Part shown: in pieces, positions 44,446 to 53,047 of the stretch
Layout: each line of letters begins with the position of its first letter
Position numbering within the stretch: the stretch's first letter is position 1
Source of the DNA: Armatimonadota bacterium
GTDB lineage: Bacteria; Armatimonadota; DTGP01; JAKQQT01
DNA length: 64,000 nt
Reading direction: 5' to 3'
Assembly: GCA_036504855.1 (NCBI GenBank)
Contig: DASXUL010000185.1
Coordinates: 21,634-85,633, forward strand
The notes under the pieces: model-generated
Told to the model about the DNA's origin: nothing
The model's database searches: none
The model's input: only the letters and a program-made list of their open reading frames with translations
Translations under genes and position numbers: made by a program

Positions 44446-44568
44446 TCAGGACTCAGAACTCAGAAATCAGCCCCGGAGGCTCATATCCATTAGGCCGCTT
44501 GGCTAATGGATATAAGCCTCCGGGGCTGATTTCTGAGTTCTGAGTCCTGAATTCTGAGTCCTGACTAC
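44442..44568. repeat. Near-perfect 127-nt palindrome built from CTCAGAA-type heptamers; candidate bidirectional terminator
   Basis: 'gtagtcagg actcaga actcaga aatcagc cccggaggc...' mirrored by '...gcctccgggg ctgattt ctgagtt ctgagtc ctgaatt ctgagtc ctgactac'. It spans exactly from one stop codon (TAG, 44443) to the convergent stop (44565). One arm has two extra heptamers. Confidence 0.7.
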
Positions 44569-45689
44569 TGCACAAGGATATCGGCGAACTTATAGGTGGT
44601 TCCGTTGGCGGCGGTGACGGCGACGGTGGGCCAGTTTGGAGTGTCGGTGAGAAATTTGGGGCCGCTGGGGGTGGCGATGAAGGTTTCCTCGGCCTTGGTT
44701 CCGGTGATGCTGGGGTTCCAAGCGAAGGCCTGGTTGGGCTGCACGATCTCCTCGCTGGTTGGCTCGAGGAACCAATCGCGGCCCTGGTAGCCGGCGGAGC
44801 CGCCCTGGTGGTGGAGCGTGTACTCGGTGGGGTATCCGGCGTCCGCGTAGGCCTTCGTCATCACCGGCCAGATGTCCCTCGCCGCTGCGCCGGGGACGGT
44901 AGCGGCCACGAGCTCGGCCTGCACCTGGCACACGGCGCGGTGCTTGTCCTTCAGCTCCTGCGGGATGGGGCCGAAATGCACCAGCCGGGTGTTGTTGATG
45001 ATGAGCCCCTCGCGCAGGGCGCAGGTGACCAGCATGCAGTACTTCTCCACCTTCTTGTTGGTGGGCACGGGGTGGCGGTACTTGAAGATGCGCTCATCGG
45101 ACGCAACGAGGATGAGGCCCGGCATGATGCCGCGGTCCAGTTGCGGCCGTGATAGCAGGCCGGCGACCTCCCACTCCGTCATACCGGGTCGAATGGCGCG
45201 CATGGTTTCGTCCATGCAGGCGGCCACGTCCCGGCCGAGGGCGGCGAAGCGTTCGATCTCCTCGGGCATGAGGCTGTACCGGAGGCGGGCGAACTGGTCG
45301 CCCCGGTCCACGTAGCGGCAGGTGGGTCCGGCGCAGGGGAGCGGAGCGTCCGCGCCGCGCTGGCCGGCGCCAGCGACCTTATGGATGGCCGTTTCGAAGC
45401 CCATGGCGCCATCCTGCCAGGGATAGGGGACCGGCTCATAGCCGAGATCGAAGATCTCCTCGCCCATATGTCGGGCCATTTCGATGTTGTTCGCGATAAA
45501 GCACTTCGCCGTGGGGGTGATGGCCAGCGTGCCAACGCCGACCTCGGACCCCATCTGGATGTGGTTAGTGCGTCCGCCCGTGATCCACGAGAAGTTCCTG
45601 CGCGTTGTGAGGAACATCACGTCTAGCCCGTCGTCCACAAGGAATCGGCGGACTTTCTCTTCCTTCGCCTGGATTTCCGCAGTGCTCAT
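44565..45689 (-). CDS. M24-family metallopeptidase (Xaa-Pro aminopeptidase/creatinase-like)
   Basis: N-terminal creatinase-like domain '[15 protein letters not shown]' and a C-terminal pita-bread region with 'HHQGGSAGY' and '[17 protein letters not shown]'. The start was trimmed to '[11 protein letters not shown]'. Confidence 0.8.
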   Translation of the reverse strand: MSTAEIQAKEEKVRRFLVDDGLDVMFLTTRRNFSWITGGRTNHIQMGSEVGVGTLAITPTAKCFIANNIEMARHMGEEIFDLGYEPVPYPWQDGAMGFETAIHKVAGAGQRGADAPLPCAGPTCRYVDRGDQFARLRYSLMPEEIERFAALGRDVAACMDETMRAIRPGMTEWEVAGLLSRPQLDRGIMPGLILVASDERIFKYRHPVPTNKKVEKYCMLVTCALREGLIINNTRLVHFGPIPQELKDKHRAVCQVQAELVAATVPGAAARDIWPVMTKAYADAGYPTEYTLHHQGGSAGYQGRDWFLEPTSEEIVQPNQAFAWNPSITGTKAEETFIATPSGPKFLTDTPNWPTVAVTAANGTTYKFADILVQ

Positions 45690-45872
45690 GATTTTGGCGC
45701 CTCCAGCCCTCATCTTAGCCCGGATGCGGGGGCGCGTGACACGCGGGCGCGGGGTTTGGGCGCCTCGGCTGAAGGTGGAACGCAACATCCCCCATGGCAA
45801 TCACTGGGAGGCGCCGAGACGCGGAACGAGAAGGAGGCGGGCCGATGGGCGGCCAAACGGCCCTGGAGATGG
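45533..45872. repeat. Direct repeat copy 1 (5' end of the M24 gene plus its upstream region)
   Basis: Aligns co-linearly with 49873..50162. Shared runs are 'gccagcgtgccaacgccgacctcggacc', 'cgtccgcccgtgatc', 'tccttcgcctggatt', 'gcgggcgcggggtttgggcgcc', 'tcactgggagg' and 'aacgagaaggag'. Confidence 0.75.
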
Positions 45873-46232
45873 GAGCGATGCATGAGGGGGATCACCGGGA
45901 TGCCCCAACCCGCTTTCCGCCTGGTCGACGGCGCTTCCCAACGCGCGGCGCTCAGATCGCCAAGATCCCCGGAAAGGCCTAGCCATAGGCATTGACACGT
46001 GTGGATAACGGCGGATGCGTCCGATAATTTGCGCAGACATCGGATAGGGCGCGTCGCCGTTGGGAGCGGTTGCGCCGGGATCAGGCGCATCATTTCGTTG
46101 CACGGTCTATTCCCTTCGAGCGGTCTCGCCGCACGTCTCGAAATGCTTCTGAACACGGTTCGTTGCCGCTGCTGTTAGGCGTTCGTATACAACGTCTGAC
46201 TCAGCGGAGAACAGGCGCAGACGGAAAGGTGC

Positions 46233-49200
46233 ATGATGATTCACCCTCGCGTAGCGTTCGTGTGCATGGTCTTCCTCAGCCTACAGGGCGCCGCCAATGC
46301 CGCCTCTGGCGATACGGCGGTCTTTCAGAAGATAGTTTCGGGGGACCTGGCGGCAGTGCGCGCGTACCTTGATGGCGGCGGCGCGGTGAACGCTGTTGGC
46401 GACATGAACGGCTCGTTGCTGCACTATGCGGTGGCATCCGATGAACCGGGCATCGCCGAGGCGCTGATTGAGCATGGGGCCAACGTCAACGCAAAGATGA
46501 AAGACGGCGTGACCCCTCTGCACGTGGCGGGCCAACTGGAAGCGCCCGCCGCCGCGAAGCTCGTGAACGAGATTCATCTCCCTGACAACCCGGTGGGGTT
46601 AGCCCTGGGTCCGGGTGGGCTTGTCTTCTACAGTCGGTGGACGCCCAGTCAAGTCACCTGTTACAATCCACGCACACGCAAGGTGGTCTGGCAAGCGCCC
46701 TTGCCGGACAAGGAACCGGGCGATGTGGCCTACGACGGGGAGTCCATCTGGGCTGTCGGCTCGAAGGACCGCAAGCTGTTCCGTTTCAGCGCGCAAACCG
46801 GCCAGTTGCAGAAGACCTATCAACTGCCTGGCAGTTACCCAACCGGCGTCGAATGCGCCAAAGGCGCCATCTGGGTTTCGGACCTGAATGAGAAGTGCAT
46901 CCGGAAGATCTCGCCCGCAGACGGGTCAGTCATCCGCCAGATCCCAGGCCCTGGGCTCTGGCGCTGGAGCATTGCGTACGATGGGCAGTACCTATGGTGT
47001 TCGGGGCAAGACAAGGCCATCTTCGCCGTCAATCCCGAGACCGGCAGTCTGGTCGCCACAACGCCGTTGCCCGTAAAGCATGGGGAATTGCGCGGCATCA
47101 AGTTCAATGGACGGTCTTTTGGAATCATTGAGAACTGGTTCAAAACGGTCAACCTCTTCGAGTTCCGAGGCGGCATTCGGGAGGCGCTGAACAAACATGC
47201 CTTGCATCAGGACAAGGGCGCGCCGATATCGCGGACCATCGCCAAGTTGACGGGTGGACCGACGAACATGACCCAGCAGCTACTGCTGGCCGGGGCAGAC
47301 CCCAGCATTCAGAATGACGCTGGGCAAACTGCCCATGACTTGGCGCTGGCCTGCAACGATCTGCCGACTCTGGCCGCCTTGACTGAGGCTGAAATCTGGC
47401 AGTACGCGCCAGGATCCACCACGTCGGCGCCGAATTTCACGCTTTCCGACCTCAAGGGGAAACAGGTGACGCTTGCCGCGTTGCGGGGCAAGGTCGTTGC
47501 GATCGTGATGTGGGGGTATGACACCCGGTTCCCGAATGATATCAAAGGCGTCCCAGAGGCAGCGCAAGAGCTGATGCGGAATCCCGCGGCAAGCAAAGGC
47601 GATCTGGTCGTGCTTGCGCCGACGCATCGGCCCAAGGAAGACGCGGTTGCGTACTGCCGGGATCGCGAGGCGACGTTTCAGGTATTGCTAGACCCCGAGG
47701 GCATCGTGCGTACACGCTTTCAAGTGGGCGGGTATGCCGCGGTAGTGATCGATCGCGCGGGCCATGTTGTCTGGTATCGCCGCTCCGCCGACGCCTTCGA
47801 TATCGCGCTCGCGGTGCAACGGGCGCTCTCTCCGCCGCCCCCTGCGGCGCCGGCAAAGGCGGTCGCCGAGGCCGCGCGAGAACCGGTGGTCTTCGAAGAC
47901 TTCGAGCAAGGGTACGCCAACTGGACGCTGAAGGGCGATTGCTGGGGGAAAGCGCCGGCCACGGATGCGCTGTATCCTGGGCGGATGAAGGGCTATCTTG
48001 GCCACGGCTTTGTCTGTACCATGGCGGACAAGGACGATCACGCCACCGGCAGCGCGGTTTCCCGCCAGTTCACCATCGCCCATCCGTATATCCAGGCGTT
48101 AGTTGGAGGGACTGAGGTTGCCGATCACTGTTGGCTGGCGCTCGTTGTCGATGGACGCGCCGTATGCCGGGCCGCCGGTCAGCGCTCCGACGTGCTCCTG
48201 CCGATCTGCTGGGATGTGCGTCAGTACGTGGGAAACAAGGCGCGTCTGGAAATCGTGGACGCCGGCAAGGCGGAACGCGATCACCTCCTGGTCGATCAGA
48301 TCATGTTCACGGATAGCGCGGATACGCCGCCTGCGTATCTGCATGGCTTTGACCCTGACGATCAGGAGATGGCGCGAAAGGCGGCGGCGCTTGCGCCTGC
48401 TTGGTATCGCGACCTGCGCGCCAGCCGTGTGCATGTTGAGGCGACGCCGGAAAAGCGATATAGCGTTCGCATGACGGCGCCGATCCGCTGGACGACCAGG
48501 AAGCCGACGAAGGAATACTACTACCAACTTCCCCCTTCGGTGCTCACGCAGCAGGTCGAATCGCCAACTCTCACGATCACCGTTGGGAAGACAACGCTTG
48601 TTGGCCGTCCCATCCCAACCGGGCATCCCGTGATCAGGGAGGTGTTGGACTGTCAGGGCGAATTGCCCACGGACGCCATCCCGCAAGAGGGGACTGTGGA
48701 GTTCAACTGCCTGGCGACAATAAACCGTGTGAAATACGTTTCCGGCCCGCCGCCATCTCCCGCGCCGGATCTGACCGCGCAAGAGAGACGGCGTCTGACG
48801 ATGCCGCGCGATGGTTCGGCCTGGAGCCAGAGTCGCAAACCGGAATACCAACGGTATTCGCAGTGGATCCGCAATGAGAAGCTCGCTCGCTGGCCCGACG
48901 AGGGAGAGATGGCGTTCATCTACCGGGCGATCTGCTGGTGTGAACGGCATGTGAATGGCGGCGCCGATTGGGATGGCACGCCAACAACGGAAAAGAGAGG
49001 TCTCCTGCAGGAGGCCATGAACCGTTGCGGCGACTGTGCGGGCGAGGCGGCGGTATTGATCGATATCCTGCACGCCAATGACATCCCCTGTATGCTCGAA
49101 TGCGGAATCGGGCATTGCTGGGCCCTGATCTTTGTCGATAACATAGGGTGGATCCGCATTGACAACCCAGACGCCTGGCCCGGCTGGAATCAGGGGCCAC

Positions 49201-49361
49201 TCAGCCCGACGTGCGAATACGGCCCATGGCCGTTCGCCGATCGGAACGACGGAGACAACAACCCGCTGGAACCGGACTACGCCAAACGGGATCCCAGCGC
49301 CGTCGAACGCGCTCCGTTAGCCGCCTGGCCATCGTATCAACTCACCGAACTGAAACCGTAG
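46233..49361 (+). CDS. Secreted mosaic protein: ankyrin repeats, beta-propeller-like region, ankyrin, thioredoxin-like (no CxxC), concanavalin/LamG-like lectin domain, transglutaminase-like cysteine protease core
   Basis: Signal 'VAFVCMVFLSLQGAANA'. Ank 'GSLLHYAVASDEPGIAEALIEHGANVNAKMKDGVTPLHVA'. TlpA-like 'APNFTLSDLKGKQVTLAALRGKVVAIVMWG'. 'VVFEDFEQGYANWTLKGDCWG...LEIVDAGKAERDHLLVDQIMF'. C-terminal 'CGDCAGEAAVL...GHCWALIFVDNIGWIRIDN' forms a Cys-His-Asp triad pattern. Confidence 0.7.
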   Translation: MMIHPRVAFVCMVFLSLQGAANAASGDTAVFQKIVSGDLAAVRAYLDGGGAVNAVGDMNGSLLHYAVASDEPGIAEALIEHGANVNAKMKDGVTPLHVAGQLEAPAAAKLVNEIHLPDNPVGLALGPGGLVFYSRWTPSQVTCYNPRTRKVVWQAPLPDKEPGDVAYDGESIWAVGSKDRKLFRFSAQTGQLQKTYQLPGSYPTGVECAKGAIWVSDLNEKCIRKISPADGSVIRQIPGPGLWRWSIAYDGQYLWCSGQDKAIFAVNPETGSLVATTPLPVKHGELRGIKFNGRSFGIIENWFKTVNLFEFRGGIREALNKHALHQDKGAPISRTIAKLTGGPTNMTQQLLLAGADPSIQNDAGQTAHDLALACNDLPTLAALTEAEIWQYAPGSTTSAPNFTLSDLKGKQVTLAALRGKVVAIVMWGYDTRFPNDIKGVPEAAQELMRNPAASKGDLVVLAPTHRPKEDAVAYCRDREATFQVLLDPEGIVRTRFQVGGYAAVVIDRAGHVVWYRRSADAFDIALAVQRALSPPPPAAPAKAVAEAAREPVVFEDFEQGYANWTLKGDCWGKAPATDALYPGRMKGYLGHGFVCTMADKDDHATGSAVSRQFTIAHPYIQALVGGTEVADHCWLALVVDGRAVCRAAGQRSDVLLPICWDVRQYVGNKARLEIVDAGKAERDHLLVDQIMFTDSADTPPAYLHGFDPDDQEMARKAAALAPAWYRDLRASRVHVEATPEKRYSVRMTAPIRWTTRKPTKEYYYQLPPSVLTQQVESPTLTITVGKTTLVGRPIPTGHPVIREVLDCQGELPTDAIPQEGTVEFNCLATINRVKYVSGPPPSPAPDLTAQERRRLTMPRDGSAWSQSRKPEYQRYSQWIRNEKLARWPDEGEMAFIYRAICWCERHVNGGADWDGTPTTEKRGLLQEAMNRCGDCAGEAAVLIDILHANDIPCMLECGIGHCWALIFVDNIGWIRIDNPDAWPGWNQGPLSPTCEYGPWPFADRNDGDNNPLEPDYAKRDPSAVERAPLAAWPSYQLTELKP

Positions 49362-49426
49362 CCATGGAGAGGAAAGCGATGGCGGCGCGACCGGTAGCCT
49401 GGCGGCATGATGACACGTAGGAGGAC

Positions 49427-49837
49427 ATGAAGGTGAAGATACCAGACAACGTGAAAGAGGTTTTGGGGAAGGGCCACACGGTGTGGGTGGCGACGATGGG
49501 CGCTGATGGCTGGCCGAATGTGGCGGCCAAGGGCAGCGGCGGCTTGGTTGACGATGAGCATATCTATTTCGCCGACCTCTACTCCAAGAAGACGCGCGAC
49601 AACCTGCTCAACAACCCCAGGGTCGCCGTCGGCATCCACAGCGTCGACCCCAAGCTGGCGGTGCAGGTAAAAGGGACCGCCAAGATGGTGGATGCGGGCG
49701 AGTTCTTTGACAAGGTGCAGGCGCGGATCAGCAGCCTCAACATGGGGCTTCCGCCGATCAAGTACGTGGTCGAGATCAAGGTCGAATCGGTGTGGGACAT
49801 GAGCGGCGGCGCGAACGCGGGCGAGCCGATTACGTAG
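49427..49837 (+). CDS. Pyridoxamine 5'-phosphate oxidase-family FMN-binding split-barrel protein
   Basis: 'HTVWVATMGADGWPNVAAKGSGGLVDDEHIYFADLYSKKTRDNLLNNPRVAV' is PNPOx-like. Confidence 0.75.
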   Translation: MKVKIPDNVKEVLGKGHTVWVATMGADGWPNVAAKGSGGLVDDEHIYFADLYSKKTRDNLLNNPRVAVGIHSVDPKLAVQVKGTAKMVDAGEFFDKVQARISSLNMGLPPIKYVVEIKVESVWDMSGGANAGEPIT

Positions 49838-49872
49838 GAACTGGCCGGGGCGATTCGCCAATGAAACGCGGA

Positions 49873-49989
49873 GCCAGCGTGCCAACGCCGACCTCGGACC
49901 CTAGCGGGATGTGGTTAGCGCGTCCGCCCGTGATCTACGAGGAACCGCCGGCCTTTCACTTCCTTCGCCTGGATTCCCGCAGTGCTCAT
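49873..49989 (-). pseudogene. Decayed N-terminal stub of an M24 peptidase gene (inside repeat copy 2)
   Basis: The minus strand reads 'MSTAGIQAKEVKGRRFLVD...', then switches frame to '[21 protein letters not shown]'. Compare the intact gene: '[20 protein letters not shown]...[21 protein letters not shown]'. Homology stops at 49873. Confidence 0.65.
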
Positions 49990-50162
49990 TGCCTGGCGCC
50001 GCCCGCCGCTGATCTCGCCCGGATGAGGCGGCGGCGAGGCATGCGGGCGCGGGGTTTGGGCGCCCCGGCTGCGGGTAGACTACCACATTCCTGATGGCGG
50101 TCACTGGGAGGTGGCGAGATGCAGAACGAGAAGGAGACGGGAGCGAAGGGCGGCCAGACCGC
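49873..50162. repeat. Direct repeat copy 2
   Basis: Same orientation as 45533..45872, with one internal deletion of about 50 nt. See copy 1. Confidence 0.75.
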
Positions 50163-50307
50163 CGCCAACGCCGGCCCCGTTGAGGAGGATTTCCGCGACG
50201 CCAACGAGTATGCGGCGCGCGGCCAGTCCCTGGAGGCCGACCACGAAGCGGAGCTTCTGCCTGAGGATGCGTATCGGACAATGCCCGACGACGGGCGGGA
50301 TGCGTGA
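50119..50307 (+). CDS. Small acidic hypothetical protein (62 aa)
   Basis: MQNEKETGAKGGQTAANAGPVEEDFRDANEYAARGQSLEADHEAELLPEDAYRTMPDDGRDA. 'GGGAGGTGG' lies upstream of the ATG. The counterpart in repeat copy 1 has ACG instead of ATG and diverges. Confidence 0.45.
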   Translation: MQNEKETGAKGGQTAANAGPVEEDFRDANEYAARGQSLEADHEAELLPEDAYRTMPDDGRDA

Positions 50308-50440
50308 GGGACGGACTTCGCGCCGATCGCGGGACGGCGCCTGACCCGCCCTCCGGCGTCACTGGGCGCCCTTCCCGGCAGGACCGCCCAGCGGAACCGG
50401 AGTGGGTCCAGAGGGCGGGCGATGGCCGTCGCTGGGCCTC

Positions 50441-50926
50441 CTAATCATCCGGCCTGCCCCGCAGATTGTAGAGCATCCCTCCTGAGCGGGCCTTCGGATC
50501 GTACACCCCGCTCTTCAGCGTCACCAAGACCGCTTGGCCCCCGACCAGGGCCCGAGCGCTGCTGATCTCAGCGTTCGTGGCGACCAGGTACTCGATCGCC
50601 AGCCGTCCCGGGCCTCTCCACTTCGCGTTGACTCCGTAGGCGCTGCTGTTGCGGACGGCGCCATAGAGGTTGGCAACTTCAACGCCATCCGTGTACGGCT
50701 TCCCGGGCGCTGTGAGGTATACCTCGTAACCGAACGATGTGGTCGCTCCGCCGTTCGTCTCCACCACCACCGCGTCCACTTTATGGGAGGGGGACGGGAC
50801 CCGCGAGACCTCGTCGTGGCTCCACTCGAATGCTGAGTCAAGCGCCTTCTCGACGCACCACAGCGCCGCAACAACCAGGACGAACAGGATGACTACGCAC
50901 CCGGCGATTCTCTTGGCGATCCGCAT
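50441..50926 (-). CDS. Hypothetical membrane-anchored protein
   Basis: 'MRIAKRIAGCVVILFVLVVAALWCV' is the anchor, followed by a ~135-aa beta-rich domain. The region is less GC-rich than its surroundings. Confidence 0.5.
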   Translation of the reverse strand: MRIAKRIAGCVVILFVLVVAALWCVEKALDSAFEWSHDEVSRVPSPSHKVDAVVVETNGGATTSFGYEVYLTAPGKPYTDGVEVANLYGAVRNSSAYGVNAKWRGPGRLAIEYLVATNAEISSARALVGGQAVLVTLKSGVYDPKARSGGMLYNLRGRPDD

Positions 50927-50933
50927 GTCTACC

Positions 50934-51320
50934 TCAAGCCGGGGGCGCCCATCGTGGGGGGCTGAGCTTTGCTGGAACCGGCCGTCGTTCGCGTACACGG
51001 CGCCTCAGCAGGAGACAGGCGCAGAGCAGCCCGGCGCTTGCGTAGGAGAGGGTTCCACTTTCCGGGACCTCTGATGGAGCCGTACGGAAGGCCGTTATCC
51101 GGCGCCCGGCCGGAGCCACCAGCATCCCGCCCGCCGTATGGACGGGCTGCATCTGCATGACTCCCGCCGCCCACAGCATGAGGGCGAAATGGGCCATGTC
51201 GGGGGCCCAGTCCTTCCAGTGGTGGGCCTCGACGACCCAATTGAGCGCTCCAGAAGCCATGCCGAGAACCACGGCAAGCGCATACGATTGTAGCGAGAAG
51301 AAGGTCAGCGTCTTGTGCAT
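50934..51320 (-). CDS. Hypothetical small secreted/membrane protein with a PEP-CTERM-like tail
   Basis: N-terminal hydrophobic 'LQSYALAVVLGMASGA'. Near the C-terminus, 'VPESGTLSYASAGLLCACLLLRRR' resembles PEP plus TM plus Arg cluster, but about 20 residues follow it. Confidence 0.4.
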   Translation of the reverse strand: MHKTLTFFSLQSYALAVVLGMASGALNWVVEAHHWKDWAPDMAHFALMLWAAGVMQMQPVHTAGGMLVAPAGRRITAFRTAPSEVPESGTLSYASAGLLCACLLLRRRVRERRPVPAKLSPPRWAPPA

Positions 51321-51330
51321 GGCACTCCCC

Positions 51331-52002
51331 TCAAGGGATGGCGGTTGGCGAACGAGGCACAGCATCTCGCGAAAGGGGCGCCAGGTCAATAGCGCCGTGG
51401 GGCGGAGGCGACGCCTTATCCTCGTGTCGCTCCAGCGCGGCGAACGCTTCCCGGCGCAGGTTCGGGCGATGGATCAGCTCCGCCAGGGCTCGCGCGCGTT
51501 CCGGTGCGATGTCCGCCGCGTACACGACCCCGTAGCGCATCAGCCATTCCTTCTTCTTGGCCTTGGGCGGCATGGCGAGGCAGGCTGCCTGGAGCGCATC
51601 CAACAGGGCCGGGTAGATGTCCTCGGGTCCCTCCCGAAGCCTGTAGATGAGCTCGAAGACGGCATGGGCTCGCCGGACGGCGTGCGGCTCCGGGGCGATG
51701 AGGGCCAGGAGGCGGGCTACCTCCGTCCGCACCTCGTCCATCCAACCGCTGCGGCACATGACCTGCAACGGCCATGCGGAAACCATGACGATAGGCGGCG
51801 CCTCGCTCTGTTCACCGGCCGCCTCCAGTGATTCCCTGATGAGCCGCCTACGCGCCTTGAGGTCGTTCTCGGCCTCGGCGACGCCGGAGAGGGCCTGGCA
51901 GCGGAACCAGGGATCGGCGATGCCGCGGGCGATCCGAAGCGCGCGCTCTGGTTCCGTGGAGGCGATCCGGCATACAAGATCTCTGTCGGTGGTGGCGCTC
52001 AT
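51331..52002 (-). CDS. Hypothetical helical-repeat protein
   Basis: 223 aa and all-helical by composition. Contains 'IADPWFRCQALSGVAEAE'. No recognisable family. Confidence 0.5.
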   Translation of the reverse strand: MSATTDRDLVCRIASTEPERALRIARGIADPWFRCQALSGVAEAENDLKARRRLIRESLEAAGEQSEAPPIVMVSAWPLQVMCRSGWMDEVRTEVARLLALIAPEPHAVRRAHAVFELIYRLREGPEDIYPALLDALQAACLAMPPKAKKKEWLMRYGVVYAADIAPERARALAELIHRPNLRREAFAALERHEDKASPPPHGAIDLAPLSRDAVPRSPTAIP

Positions 52003-52380
52003 GTTCCTCGATCCTTCGTTGGAGTGTCGCGTTCCTAACGCAATCCTAAGCGGATGCGGGAAGGGCGGCGCACGCCGCAGCGAAAAGCGGGAGGATGGTT
52101 CTGAGATTCATTGGCGGCGCCTCTTCGCGGGTATGCAGGCCGAACGCTTTGGTTCGAACCCGAGCAGCGGGGCAGGGGGCTGCCGCAACTCTAGCATGTG
52201 GCTGGCAGGCGCGACAAAGCGCTTCGCCGGCGAAAGACGCCGTGCGGGGGCTGGGGCGTCGCCCGTCGGAATTCCGGCCCGGTTTCCGGATGGAGGGCCG
52301 CGATGGCCGCCCCGGCTTTCCCGATGCGTTTGCCGGCGGCTCGGCCATGCCGGCTTGACGGCGACTCCGCAGGGGGAATA

Positions 52381-52402
52381 TGATTGAATGAACGTTCAAT
52401 CA
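52381..52402 (+). promoter_or_regulatory. Candidate TetR operator (8-bp inverted repeat with 6-bp spacer, overlapping a 10-bp palindrome)
   Basis: 'TGATTGAA TGAACG TTCAATCA', with the embedded palindrome 'TGAACGTTCA'. Lies 16-37 nt upstream of the preferred tetR start at 52418. Confidence 0.6.
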
Positions 52403-52417
52403 GTACGGAGATTCGCC

Positions 52418-53047
52418 ATGGCGAGAAGCGTCGAACACAACCAGAGGATGCGAGATGAGCGCCGGGAGCAGATCCTCTCCCACGCCTCACGGCTCTTTGC
52501 CGCCAGGGGGCTGGCGGCAACGAAGATCGCCGACATTGCCGCCGCCGCGGAGATGTCGCAGGGACTGCTGTACCACTACTTCCGGTCCAAGGACGAAATC
52601 CTGACGGAACTGATCCGCGACGCCTTCCAGAAGATGAATAGCGCCGCCCGCGCCCTGGAAGAACTGCCGCAGCCCCCATCGGAGAAGATCCGTATGGCCA
52701 TCGCTCAGTTGCTGCGCAGCATCGAAGAGAGCGAGGATTTCGCGGCCACGGTGCTGCTGATCGCCCACGCCGGCCTCTCGGATGCCACGCCGGAGGCGGC
52801 GCAGGCCATCCTCCGCGAGGAGAGCGGAACCCCCTACGCCGTCATCGCGCGGATCCTGCGCGCGGGTCAGCGAGACGGCTCCGTCAAGGCGCACGATGCC
52901 GACGAGATGTCCTTGCTCTTCTGGGCCGCCATCAAAGGGCTTGCCCTTCACAGGGCGGTGTATGGCGCGGCGTACAAGGGGCCCGATCCGCTGATACTAA
53001 CCAGCATGTTCCTCACCGAGGAATCGCGAGGAGAACGAAATGCGTAA
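52418..53047 (+). CDS. TetR/AcrR family transcriptional regulator
   Basis: 'RREQILSHASRLFAARGLAATKIADIAAAAEMSQGLLYHYFRSKDEIL' is a TetR HTH. ATG 52418 with GGAG is preferred over the ORF-track start 52388, which lies inside the palindrome. Confidence 0.88.
   Translation: MARSVEHNQRMRDERREQILSHASRLFAARGLAATKIADIAAAAEMSQGLLYHYFRSKDEILTELIRDAFQKMNSAARALEELPQPPSEKIRMAIAQLLRSIEESEDFAATVLLIAHAGLSDATPEAAQAILREESGTPYAVIARILRAGQRDGSVKAHDADEMSLLFWAAIKGLALHRAVYGAAYKGPDPLILTSMFLTEESRGERNA

Noticed and set aside
45756-45995. 79-aa ORF (and the overlapping 62-aa ORF at 45794..45982) divergent from the M24 gene.
   Set aside because: This is the degraded counterpart of the 50119..50307 ORF in repeat copy 1. 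The homologous ATG is ACG, similarity is lost after ~15 codons, and the translation becomes Arg/Trp/Pro-rich.
52145-52175. tRNA-like T-loop string 'ggttcgaaccc'.
   Set aside because: No complementary acceptor stem and no D or anticodon arms can be drawn around it. The T-stem would need two G-U pairs. It lies in an ordinary intergenic stretch.
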